Shown: positions 17,193-25,169 of the stretch, piece after piece
Layout: every line of letters starts with the position of its first letter
Position numbering within the stretch: position 1 is the stretch's first letter
Assembly: GCA_038736825.1 (NCBI GenBank)
Contig: JAVYME010000001.1
Location: forward strand, 42,708-74,707
DNA length: 32,000 nt
Source of the DNA: Candidatus Iainarchaeum sp.
GTDB taxonomy: Archaea > Iainarchaeota > Iainarchaeia > Iainarchaeales > DTGL01
Direction of reading: 5' to 3'
Notes under the pieces: model-generated
Told to the model about the DNA's origin: nothing
The model's database searches: none
What the model saw: the letters and a program-made list of their open reading frames with translations, nothing else
Translations under genes and position numbers: made by a program

Positions 17193-17216
17193 GAGAGAAA
17201 GCTATTGCTTTCTCTC
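17193..17216. other. perfect 10-bp hairpin straddling the stop codon of the ArsR-type gene
   Basis: GAGAGAAAGC-TATT-GCTTTCTCTC. The stop codon (17202-17204, minus strand) spans the stem-loop junction. Confidence 0.4.
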
Positions 17217-17897
17217 AAAACCCATCTTTTTGCCCTTCTTTTTTTCCAAAAACATTTTTTCTGGAGTCAAGCGGTATTTTTGGCCGACAATAAAGGCTGC
17301 AACAATCAGTGTTATGCCTAAGGCAAGCAGCCAAGGGAATTCTATTGCTCTGGCTTTTGTTTCTGGCTGTTCTGTTAGAGCACTGGTTGTGTCAGCTGAA
17401 GGAATTCCTTTTTCGGAATTTGCACCCAAAGGCATTTCAGGCTCTGGAGTGGATTGCACTTTAAACTGTTTTCCAGTAACCGTGTCTGAAGGTTTTCCTG
17501 CAATAAGATAGGATTCCTGCATTGTTTGTGGAAAAATCGCTGGAAGAAAGGACAATGCCAACAGCATAATGCCAAAAGCAAGCAAAACAGAGGAAATCAC
17601 GACTACAATGCGTTTTCCGCTGTCAGCAAACAATTCTTTGCCTCGGCGCGACAAACGGTAATAAACCCATTTGTCAGTGTAATTGTCTGCTTTTTCCACC
17701 AAATTGGCTTTCATTAAAAGTTCAAGGTGCTCGTGCATTGTTGACTTTGAATGCCCGAGCTTTTGAGCGAGCTCGCTCACAGTATAATTGCGCGATTTAA
17801 GGTTTTTCAAGATTTCAACGCGGGTGGGCGAGGCAAGCACTTTCAATTCGGATTGATCGAACTTTACCTCGTTGGAATCACTCATTTCAAATACCAT
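17202..17897 (-). CDS. ArsR-family winged-helix regulator fused to C-terminal transmembrane segments
   Basis: LKVLASPTRVEILKNLKSRNYTVSELAQKLGHSKSTMHEHLELLMKANLV is a typical ArsR HTH. Two hydrophobic helices lie downstream. The ORF extends to a TTG at 17951, but the ATG at 17897 sits about 25 nt from a TATA box. Confidence 0.8.
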   Translation of the reverse strand: MVFEMSDSNEVKFDQSELKVLASPTRVEILKNLKSRNYTVSELAQKLGHSKSTMHEHLELLMKANLVEKADNYTDKWVYYRLSRRGKELFADSGKRIVVVISSVLLAFGIMLLALSFLPAIFPQTMQESYLIAGKPSDTVTGKQFKVQSTPEPEMPLGANSEKGIPSADTTSALTEQPETKARAIEFPWLLALGITLIVAAFIVGQKYRLTPEKMFLEKKKGKKMGFERKQ

Positions 17898-17918
17898 ACA
17901 AAAATATTGTTTTTTTCC

Positions 17919-17926
17919 TTTTATAT
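17919..17926 (-). promoter_or_regulatory. candidate TATA box for the ArsR-type gene
   Basis: ATATAAAA on the minus strand is centred about 25 nt upstream of the ATG at 17897. Confidence 0.4.
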
Positions 17927-18018
17927 GTTTTTTCCTTTTGTTCGGTTGCAAGAGAACACTTAAAGAAAACAGTTAAAAACACTTAAAACATATTATTTTG
18001 TTGCCGGAGCTGGATAAA

Positions 18019-18711
18019 ATGCCATTGGATGAGCGCATAATTGAAGCAATTGCAGAAAGATACATTCACGACGGCATGGTTTTGGCAGTGGGCACTGGCC
18101 CGCAAAACCTGGTTTTTTTAAAACAAATAGCGCTTAAAGCCCACGAAAAAGGCTACCAGTTAAGCATTGTGCCAACTTCAGTAAAGATTGCAGAGGTTGC
18201 TGCCTCGCTTAAAATGAAAATTGCCTCAATAAACACTGCAGACATAGACTTGTCCATTGAATTTGCAGACATAATAGACAAAAACTTTAATTTTATAAGC
18301 AGGCTGACCACTTCGCTTGTAAGGGACAAAATGGTGGGACAAAGCGCTGCAGAAATGCTGGTTATAGCAAAAGAATCCACCTACGTGAAAAGGCTTTATG
18401 GAATAATCCCCTATGAAGTTGACGTTTTCGGAGCAGTGCACTCTCTGGTCAGATTGGACCAGTTTGGAAAAGCAAAATTTCGATTGAACAAAAACGGGGA
18501 AAAATACTTAACCGAAACAGGCAACTACATTATAGACGTGGACATAGACAAAGTCTACGACCTAGAAGATTTGGAATACGAAACAAAAGAAGTTCCAGGC
18601 GTAATAGAATCCGGGCTCTTTATTGATTATGCAGACCGCGTTCTATTATACAATGAAAAAATCCACTTAATGAGCAGAATCGGGCCAGAGCTGCAAGCAA
18701 AAGAAGAATGA
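18019..18711 (+). CDS. rpiA: ribose-5-phosphate isomerase A-like protein (divergent active site)
   Basis: The protein is collinear with RpiA: GMVLAVGTGPQ (cf. GxGTGST), IEFADIID (cf. VDGADE), TETGNYIIDV (cf. TDNGNxILDV) and PGVIESGLF (cf. PGVVxxGLF). The ORF opens at a TTG at 17998, and the first ATG is at 18019. Confidence 0.7.
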   Translation: MPLDERIIEAIAERYIHDGMVLAVGTGPQNLVFLKQIALKAHEKGYQLSIVPTSVKIAEVAASLKMKIASINTADIDLSIEFADIIDKNFNFISRLTTSLVRDKMVGQSAAEMLVIAKESTYVKRLYGIIPYEVDVFGAVHSLVRLDQFGKAKFRLNKNGEKYLTETGNYIIDVDIDKVYDLEDLEYETKEVPGVIESGLFIDYADRVLLYNEKIHLMSRIGPELQAKEE

Positions 18712-18762
18712 GGCTTAAAACTCTTTTTATAACAAATTATTAGCTGCAAACAAGAAAAAAAA

Positions 18763-18837
18763 GCCAGAGTAGCTCAGCCTGGTTGGAGCGTTCGACTCAT
18801 AATCGAAAGGTCGCGGGCTCAAATCCCGCCTCTGGCA
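18763..18837 (+). tRNA. tRNA with anticodon CAU (elongator Met or Ile2)
   Basis: The acceptor is GCCAGAG/CUCUGGC with A73. The D arm is GCUC...GAGC and the anticodon stem is UUCGA/UCGAA. The loop is CUCAUAA, with CAU at 18798-18800. The T arm is GCGGG-CUCAAAU-CCCGC. A T7 run follows. Confidence 0.85.
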
Positions 18838-18968
18838 TTTTTTTGGAAAAAAACCATGGCTGCTTGACCTTTTAAAGCCCCATTACAGCAGTGTTTGCCA
18901 TTTATTCAAAAGCTTTCCATTGTTCGCATGTTTATTAAACTGTTTGATTCTAAAAAGGAGAAGAGAGA

Positions 18969-19259
18969 ATGAAAAAAATCAAGGCTGTTGGAATTGCACT
19001 CATAATTGTGGGTTTGGTTTTTGGCATTGAAGGCACTGCAATGGCCTACCTTGGGGTACAGGTTTTGGGCGAACTCAACAGTGGGCTTGCTGGAATGAGT
19101 GTTTACGGTTCTGAGGCAGAAGCGTTGGGTTTAAAGGAAGCATACCAGTTCTTTCAAGGCATTTTCACTGCAATAACCGCTTACTCCATGGTGAAAACGC
19201 TTGCAGGCATTGCCTGCATTATTTTGGGCTATTTTGCATTAACAAAAGAAAAAGACTGA
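18969..19259 (+). CDS. small membrane protein (hypothetical, 96 aa)
   Basis: ATG ORF preceded by AAGGAGAAGAGAGA (SD-like). It has three hydrophobic helices. Confidence 0.6.
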   Translation: MKKIKAVGIALIIVGLVFGIEGTAMAYLGVQVLGELNSGLAGMSVYGSEAEALGLKEAYQFFQGIFTAITAYSMVKTLAGIACIILGYFALTKEKD

Positions 19260-19361
19260 AAAAAAGCGGCCTTGGAACTCATAATTGCATTCATTCTTTC
19301 CAATGGAAAGTCAGAGCTCAGCCTGTTCCTCATCGGCCAGCACAAGGATTTAATTACGTTG

Positions 19362-19372
19362 TTTTTAAATTA
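19362..19372 (+). promoter_or_regulatory. candidate TATA box for tRNA-Glu (and the downstream aminotransferase)
   Basis: TTTTTAAATTA is centred about 24 nt upstream of the tRNA 5' end. Confidence 0.45.
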
Positions 19373-19390
19373 TTTCTTATTCTGCCATTT

Positions 19391-19463
19391 GCCCCGGTAG
19401 TGTAGCGGTCAAGCACGCCAGCCTCTCAAGTTGGCAACCCGGGTTCGAGTCCCGGCCGGGGCA
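19391..19463 (+). tRNA. tRNA-Glu (anticodon CUC)
   Basis: The acceptor is GCCCCGG/CCGGGGC with A73. The anticodon stem is CCAGC/GUUGG. The loop is CUCUCAA, with CUC at 19425-19427. The T arm is CCGGG-UUCGAGU-CCCGG. Confidence 0.9.
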
Positions 19464-19466
19464 TTA

Positions 19467-20450
19467 ATGCAAAAAATCTTTTTGAATTTGGCAGAGCCTG
19501 CTTTTCCGCTTCCAAAGCCTATTCAAAAAAAGCTTTGCGCTTTTCTTGGCTCCACTCACAGGTTTCCGTCAAATTATTGTGATCTCGAGAAGGCAATAGC
19601 TGCAGAATATGGTGTTAGGAAAGAAAATGTTTTGCTGGCAAATGGAGCGCACGAGGCAATAGATGTGATTGCAAGGGTTTTCGGAAAACGCACGCTTGTG
19701 TTCACTCCTTCTTATATTGAATTTGTTTTGGCGCCTGAAAGAAATGGTTTTAAAAGTGAAACAGTAAGCGCTTTGCAGGGAAAAAAATTTTTGGTTAACC
19801 CCAAACACTCAAAACTGAAAAAAGCCACTCTTGTTTTTTTGGCAAACCCAAACAATCCCTTTGGCTATACAAGCATTAAAACAATAAGGGAATTGCTTGA
19901 AAACACCAAAGGAGTTGTGGCAATAGATGAAACCTATGAGTGCTTTAAGGGAAAAAGCATTGCTTCACTGGTGCGCAAGCACAAAAACTTGCTTGTAATA
20001 GGCTCTTTCTCGAAATCCCTTTCACTGGCTGGACTGCGGGTTGGTTATATTATTGGTTCAAAAAAACTGATTGAAAAAATCAAGCCAAAGCTTGTCATGT
20101 TCAGAGTGGCATCAATTTCAGCAAAAGCCGCTCTTTTATGCCTCAAGCAAAAAAAGCATTTTGAAAAGAATGCAATGCGAATAGTGAAAGCAAGAAAAGC
20201 CTTTGAGGACTGGCTTGAAGGCAAAGGCTTTGATGTTTATCGAACAGACAACAACAATGCTTTAATCAGGTTTTCCTCTGCAAAAAAGGCAACTGATTTC
20301 ACAAAAAAACTTGAAAGGAAGGGAATAATTGTATTGCAGGGAAACGGCATAAGCACTGTTGGCTTGAACCAAAGGTTTGTGAGAATCACAATTGGCTCTC
20401 CAAAAGAAATGATGGCAGTAAAAAGCGCTATTTTGGGTTTTTTGCGCTAA
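19467..20450 (+). CDS. class I/II PLP-dependent aminotransferase (histidinol-phosphate aminotransferase / CobD-like)
   Basis: NGAHEAID, LANPNNPFG, AIDETY and the PLP-Lys motif GSFSKSLSLAGLRVGY are present. The track ORF from 19431 reads through the tRNA. The first ATG is at 19467. Confidence 0.85.
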   Translation: MQKIFLNLAEPAFPLPKPIQKKLCAFLGSTHRFPSNYCDLEKAIAAEYGVRKENVLLANGAHEAIDVIARVFGKRTLVFTPSYIEFVLAPERNGFKSETVSALQGKKFLVNPKHSKLKKATLVFLANPNNPFGYTSIKTIRELLENTKGVVAIDETYECFKGKSIASLVRKHKNLLVIGSFSKSLSLAGLRVGYIIGSKKLIEKIKPKLVMFRVASISAKAALLCLKQKKHFEKNAMRIVKARKAFEDWLEGKGFDVYRTDNNNALIRFSSAKKATDFTKKLERKGIIVLQGNGISTVGLNQRFVRITIGSPKEMMAVKSAILGFLR

Positions 20451-20931
20451 TCCTTGCCTTTTTGTTTTTCTCCAAAAGGCGCTTGGCTTTTTCAGTGTAA
20501 ACCTGGCAAGACCAGCAAATCCTTTTCTTGTCCTCATCCGACAATGGTCTCTTTATCTCTGCTGGTACTCCAGCCACAAGCACTCCGGACGGAATCTTTT
20601 GGCCTTCCCTGACAACAGAGCCTGCCGCAATAATGCACTCGTTTCCGATTTCAGCGCCAGTGAGAATTGTTGCATTCATTCCAACAATAACATTGTTTCC
20701 TATTTTGCAACCGTGAACTATGGCGGCATGCCCCACAGTGACGTTTTCACCAATTTCCACTGCATTGTGCAAAACACAATTATCTTGAATGCTTGTGTTG
20801 TTGCCAATCCTTATGCTTCCCTCATCTCCTCGTATAACTGCATTTGGCCAAACAGAACAGTTCTCTCCAATTTCTACATCACCCTCAATTACAGCGGTTT
20901 TATGCACAAAAGTTCCCTTTCCAATCTTCAT
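20428..20931 (-). CDS. gamma-carbonic-anhydrase-family left-handed beta-helix (hexapeptide repeat) protein
   Basis: The hexapeptide repeats read VIEGDVEIGENCSVWPNAVIRGD...IGNNTSIQDNCVLH...VGHAAIVHGCKIG. The likely start is MKIGKG at 20931. The ORF extends to 21000. Confidence 0.85.
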   Translation of the reverse strand: MKIGKGTFVHKTAVIEGDVEIGENCSVWPNAVIRGDEGSIRIGNNTSIQDNCVLHNAVEIGENVTVGHAAIVHGCKIGNNVIVGMNATILTGAEIGNECIIAAGSVVREGQKIPSGVLVAGVPAEIKRPLSDEDKKRICWSCQVYTEKAKRLLEKNKKARISAKNPK

Positions 20932-21035
20932 TTTCCCACCAAAAAAGCCAGAAAGCATTTTTTCAAGGCAGACAGTAATGCTTTTAAACAGCGAAAGCAT
21001 TATTAAAATAGTTTTAACTTTAAAGGAGGGCTGTT

Positions 21036-21401
21036 ATGGACGAGAAAATTGGAGGATATGCCTTTATAGGAGGCACAATAATAGCAATATTAATGGGCTT
21101 ACTCATTGGCATTATGGGCGAATCAGTTGCCTCACAATCGCCTTGGAGCTTTTTGCCATTGGTTTTAGTTGTGCTCGGCTTGCTTGTAGGCTTTCTCAAT
21201 GTAGGCGACAAAGAAATCACTCCATTCCTTATTGCAGCAATTGCACTAATGTCAACAGAAAACGCTGCAGCCACACTAAAATTAATTCCAATTGCCGGAG
21301 TAATTCTTTACTACAGCATTCACTATTTAGTGGCTTTCGCAGCACCAGCAGCACTAATTGTTGCCTTACTGGAATTCTCTAAACTCGCCAGCAAAAAATA
21401 A
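21036..21401 (+). CDS. small polytopic membrane protein (hypothetical, 121 aa)
   Basis: ATG ORF preceded by AAGGAGGG (SD-like). It has four hydrophobic helices. Confidence 0.65.
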   Translation: MDEKIGGYAFIGGTIIAILMGLLIGIMGESVASQSPWSFLPLVLVVLGLLVGFLNVGDKEITPFLIAAIALMSTENAAATLKLIPIAGVILYYSIHYLVAFAAPAALIVALLEFSKLASKK

Positions 21402-21412
21402 AACATAACAGC

Positions 21413-21446
21413 TCGGCTGCCTGAAAGCAGCCGATGCCTTTTTTTA
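21413..21446 (+). terminator. stem-loop plus T-run terminator candidate
   Basis: TCGGCTGC-CTGAAA-GCAGCCGA forms an 8-bp stem and is followed by TGCCTTTTTTT. It lies directly after the stop at 21401. Confidence 0.5.
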
Positions 21447-21473
21447 TTCTTTTTTTGATTGCTAGGGATAAGC

Positions 21474-22241
21474 ATGCCTAAACAATTAAAAGAAAACAAA
21501 AAAAAAGTGGAAAAAAAAAGTTTTTTGGCAAGGCTTAAGGCTGAACCACTGCTAGCCTTGCTGGTTGCAGTAATAGTTGTGCTTTTGATTGCAAATGTTT
21601 TTTTTGCGCTTTCTGCACTGGGTTTTTTCAAAAAAACAGATTTTGCTGAAAAAAGGCTTTTGGAGGCAAAACATTCAGAATTGACAAAAAATTTTGCCCA
21701 AATTGAAGCGGATTTTCCAGGAAAGGCTTTATTGGACAAAAACACTCTTGAAAGCGCTTTTCTTTACAATTTGTATCAATCCTTGCTTGAAGACGTGCAA
21801 TTCTTTAAAAAACTGGAAACAGAAAACTATTCTTTGGGAAGCATGGCTGAAACTGAAAGCCAGGCAAAAGAGGCTTTTGCAAGAGAGGCAGCAATAGAGT
21901 TTGCCTTTCAAACCATTGTTTTGCTCAACACCTATCCTGCAGCCGAACAATACTGGCAGTATTTTGAAAAACACTACGAAGAAGAAATAGGACTGGCTGA
22001 AGAAAAACTGCCACAAATAAAGCCTGAAGGGTTTGTTTCATCTGAAATAAGCTCTGAACTCATAGCGCAAGCAAGAATAAAAAAGGAAAGCATTGAAAAA
22101 GAAACAACACAAATTATTACCGCATACCTTGAATTGAGAAAAAAAGCCTTTGAAAAGGCATTAAATGAAAAAAACAATCTCAGGGCTTTCGTGGAAGCAA
22201 ACAAAATAATTGGATTGCACGAATTGTGCGGTGGAACCTAA
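21474..22241 (+). CDS. N-terminally membrane-anchored helical protein (hypothetical)
   Basis: ORF from a TTG at 21459, with the first ATG at 21474 (MPKQLKENKKK...). One TM helix is followed by a Glu/Lys-rich helical region. Confidence 0.6.
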   Translation: MPKQLKENKKKVEKKSFLARLKAEPLLALLVAVIVVLLIANVFFALSALGFFKKTDFAEKRLLEAKHSELTKNFAQIEADFPGKALLDKNTLESAFLYNLYQSLLEDVQFFKKLETENYSLGSMAETESQAKEAFAREAAIEFAFQTIVLLNTYPAAEQYWQYFEKHYEEEIGLAEEKLPQIKPEGFVSSEISSELIAQARIKKESIEKETTQIITAYLELRKKAFEKALNEKNNLRAFVEANKIIGLHELCGGT

Positions 22242-22243
22242 AC

Positions 22244-22867
22244 TCAAGAATATGGGCCCAACAACCGCAAAAAATCCTCTCTTGAAACCATGAAAAAATC
22301 CTTGCAAGCCTTTAAAACAGCAGTTTCCGGCAAATTAAACCAAACCCTGGAAAAACCCCTGCCTTCCACTTCACTGAAATAATCCTTCATTTTTTTGTAG
22401 TGCTGTTGGTCAATGCCGCCCCTTGCATTCCTTCCAGCCAGAAAGCAAAACCTGTAAAGCTCTTGTGGCTTATGGCTCTCATCAAGAGAAATCTCTGGAA
22501 AAAGAGCGCACTGCTTTGGCCTTACAGGGTAAATAGAGCAAAGGTTTTTTTCATTTAAAAAAACACAGGTTCCATTGATTCTTTTAAAGGCAAGAAATGG
22601 CAATACCAGGAAAAAATCAGGCATTTCCCCAAAAGCAGATTTCACTTTTGCCTCTATGCCTTCAGGCACCAGTCCACTGAAAACAACAATGCCTTCAGCC
22701 TTTCTTTGCATTGGAAAAAGGTCAGCGAACAAAACACAATACTCTCTCACAAAAACCGCTCGCGGCATTCTTGCAAAAAAAGCAATTTTTTCCAATTCAC
22801 TTGGCAAAACCGTAATCCAATAACGCTTACAGCATTCAGCCATGCACTTTTCAGCGCACTCATTCAT
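22244..22867 (-). CDS. YkgJ/UPF0153-type cysteine-cluster (CxxCxxCC) protein
   Basis: The N-terminus is CAEKCMAECCKRYW. The distal motif is GTCVFLNEKNLCSIYPVRPKQCALFP. Confidence 0.75.
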   Translation of the reverse strand: MNECAEKCMAECCKRYWITVLPSELEKIAFFARMPRAVFVREYCVLFADLFPMQRKAEGIVVFSGLVPEGIEAKVKSAFGEMPDFFLVLPFLAFKRINGTCVFLNEKNLCSIYPVRPKQCALFPEISLDESHKPQELYRFCFLAGRNARGGIDQQHYKKMKDYFSEVEGRGFSRVWFNLPETAVLKACKDFFMVSREDFLRLLGPYS

Positions 22868-22955
22868 AGAATAATTAAGGGCAAAAAAGATTAAAGAAAC
22901 AGGCTATGGGAAAAAATAAATACTTACGCTTGCACTTTTCTATATATTGCTCTAC

Positions 22956-23134
22956 GCCTCGATAGCACAGTGGTAGTGCAGCTGACTTGTAACACAAATC
23001 CAGAAAAAAAGAATGCTAAAAAAAAGAAAGGCTTTTGCAATCCATTCAATCAAATCACCAAAAAAAGAGCAAAAAATATGCGAAAAAGCGTGAAAGAAAT
23101 CAGCAGGTCGTGGGTTCGAATCCCACTCGAGGCT
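22956..23134 (+). tRNA. tRNA-Thr (anticodon UGU) with a 107-nt intron at 37/38
   Basis: The acceptor is GCCUCGA/UCGAGGC with U73. The D arm is GCAC-AGUGGUA-GUGC. The anticodon stem is GCUGA/UCAGC, with UGU at 22988-22990. The T arm is GUGGG-UUCGAAU-CCCAC. The intron is about 22992..23098. Its BHB-like pairing is CUU/AAG plus a CAC/GUG outer helix. Confidence 0.8.
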
Positions 23135-23135
23135 T

Positions 23136-23738
23136 ATGAAAAACACAGCCATCCAAATAAAAAGGGCTGTTTCAAGGCTTGTGGACAGCGGAGCACACTT
23201 AAGCGTTGCATCCTCCACTGAATTCATTGCAAAAAAACTGGGTTTAAGCGAAAGATGGATAAATTACACTCACGTGGAAGTCAGGAACAGGTTAAACGAA
23301 CTAGAATACAAGAACACGCCCTACAATGAAAGAATACTGTTTTTGCCCCACTGCCTGCGCAACTCCAAGGAATGCAAAGCCACTTATACAGAAGAAGGAC
23401 TGCAATGCAAGGGTTGCGGGAAATGCAAGTTGAAGGACTTGATTGAAATGGGAAAAAAACGCGGTTATAGGGCGTGCTTTGTTTGCCCTGGCGGAAGCAT
23501 GGTGCAAGCATTGATTGAAAAATACAAGCCAAAAGCAGTGCTTGGAGTGTGCTGTTTTGTTGAAGCACAAATTGCTTTTGAAAACCTGAAAGGCAAAGGC
23601 ATTGGAGTGCAAGCCGTGCTCTTGTCCAAAGCAGGCTGTGTCGACACAGACATAAACCTTGAAGAAGTAAGGGAAAAAATGGACTTGCTTGAAGAAAAAA
23701 CAGAAAAAAACACTTCAAACAAAAAAGAAAAAAAATAA
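23136..23738 (+). CDS. DUF116-family Cys-rich protein
   Basis: ILFLPHCLRNSKECKA...GLQCKGCGKCKL...CFVCPGGSMV...AVLGVCCFVEA matches my recollection of DUF116. Confidence 0.7.
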   Translation: MKNTAIQIKRAVSRLVDSGAHLSVASSTEFIAKKLGLSERWINYTHVEVRNRLNELEYKNTPYNERILFLPHCLRNSKECKATYTEEGLQCKGCGKCKLKDLIEMGKKRGYRACFVCPGGSMVQALIEKYKPKAVLGVCCFVEAQIAFENLKGKGIGVQAVLLSKAGCVDTDINLEEVREKMDLLEEKTEKNTSNKKEKK

Positions 23739-23769
23739 AAACTGGAAAAAAGATTGCGGGGTGAAAAAA

Positions 23770-24231
23770 ATGGAAAGCGAAGGAATACAGTTTGTGGCAA
23801 AAATGGGGGACTGGATTGCAGTAAGAAAACTAACCATGGAGAAAAAAACAGATCCAGTGACAGTAATGGAATTCCTGGCTGGCTTGAGCGTTTCATTTGA
23901 CAACAAAATAGAAGAATTTTTGGGAAAAACAGTGGACATAAAAAAACTAAACACTGCAATCGAAGAAGCCACTTCAGGCATCAGCAAAGGCGAAAAAGGA
24001 ATAAGCGAAGCCCTCGCACAAGTCAACAGCAGCACAGTCAACAAGGCAATAAACGAAATATGCGAAAAACCAGAACTGCAAAAAAACGAAATAGACGAAT
24101 TAAAGGAATTCTGCAAAGTGCTTGCAATGAGAAAAGCCTTGAAAAAAGCAGGACTGAAAATAGACTATAGCACAATTGAAACCCCAGCAATAAAAGCAGC
24201 AATGAAAAAAGCCAAAAAACTTGAAAAATAA
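23770..24231 (+). CDS. hypothetical soluble helical protein (153 aa)
   Basis: The track ORF starts at 23689 inside the DUF116 gene tail. The ATG at 23770 (MESEGIQFVAK...) follows the DUF116 stop. Confidence 0.55.
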   Translation: MESEGIQFVAKMGDWIAVRKLTMEKKTDPVTVMEFLAGLSVSFDNKIEEFLGKTVDIKKLNTAIEEATSGISKGEKGISEALAQVNSSTVNKAINEICEKPELQKNEIDELKEFCKVLAMRKALKKAGLKIDYSTIETPAIKAAMKKAKKLEK

Positions 24232-24244
24232 GCATTGATGCAAC

Positions 24245-25114
24245 ATGCTTGAAACAGTTTATGGACTAGATGAAACCATTGCAGTCCATGCAAGCCAAGT
24301 CCAGACAAACCTCTTGCTTTCCCTTTCATGGATTGTTTCAGTTTTAGGCAACCCAGCACTATGGTTTTTTGTTGCAGCATTCCTTTACTGGAAGGGAGAA
24401 AGAGGCAAGGCATTCCACGCAATGCTTTTAGTGGTATTGGCAAGCTTTTTTTGCGGAGCACTGAAAAACCTCTTTAAAAGAACCAGGCCGTCAAAACTGC
24501 ACTTTTCGCTTGTTCCAGAACCAATTGCAAGCGAAGCAGATTTTTTCTCGGAATTCGCGTTTCCCAGCGGGCACTCCACCATAATCGGAGCCATAACTGG
24601 CTATTTCAGACACCACTTGAACACAAAAAAAAATGCAGTAATGCTTTCACTAGTGGTTTTAGTCGGCATTTCAAGGATTCTCTTGGGAGTACACTATCTC
24701 TCAGATGTAATCGCAGGAACAGTTTTGGGATTACTCCTTGGAGAAACAGTTTTTGCAATCGAAAAAAGGTTTGGAAAAAAAATCCATTCCCTGGAATTCC
24801 CGCACGGCAAAGCAGGCCTGGCACTAATCCTTTTGGCTGTTTGCGGTTCGCTCTGGCTTTCCCTTCCATTGCTTGCATTCCCGCCATTGGGCTTTTTCTT
24901 GGGACACTTTTATTCCGAACACAAAAAAAGCCATAAAAAGGAATTCCAGTGGCCTTTTGAAATCAGTGGCTTTTTTGGCCTTGCAGTGATTGGATTGCTG
25001 GGATTGCTTGCAAGCTTTCCATTGCAAGAAGCGCTCTTCTTTATAGCAGGGCTATGGATAACCCTCTTGTATCCTTGCTTTTACAACAGGTTTGCCAAAA
25101 AAGCACAGCAATAG
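24245..25114 (+). CDS. PAP2-superfamily membrane phosphatase
   Basis: The three PAP2 motifs are KNLFKRTRP, PSGHS and SRILLGVHYLSDV. Additional TM helices lie C-terminal. Confidence 0.85.
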   Translation: MLETVYGLDETIAVHASQVQTNLLLSLSWIVSVLGNPALWFFVAAFLYWKGERGKAFHAMLLVVLASFFCGALKNLFKRTRPSKLHFSLVPEPIASEADFFSEFAFPSGHSTIIGAITGYFRHHLNTKKNAVMLSLVVLVGISRILLGVHYLSDVIAGTVLGLLLGETVFAIEKRFGKKIHSLEFPHGKAGLALILLAVCGSLWLSLPLLAFPPLGFFLGHFYSEHKKSHKKEFQWPFEISGFFGLAVIGLLGLLASFPLQEALFFIAGLWITLLYPCFYNRFAKKAQQ

Positions 25115-25169
25115 GTTTTTAAAAAAAGGCAACAGCAATTAATAAGTGGGCTTCACACGCCCGAGAGAA

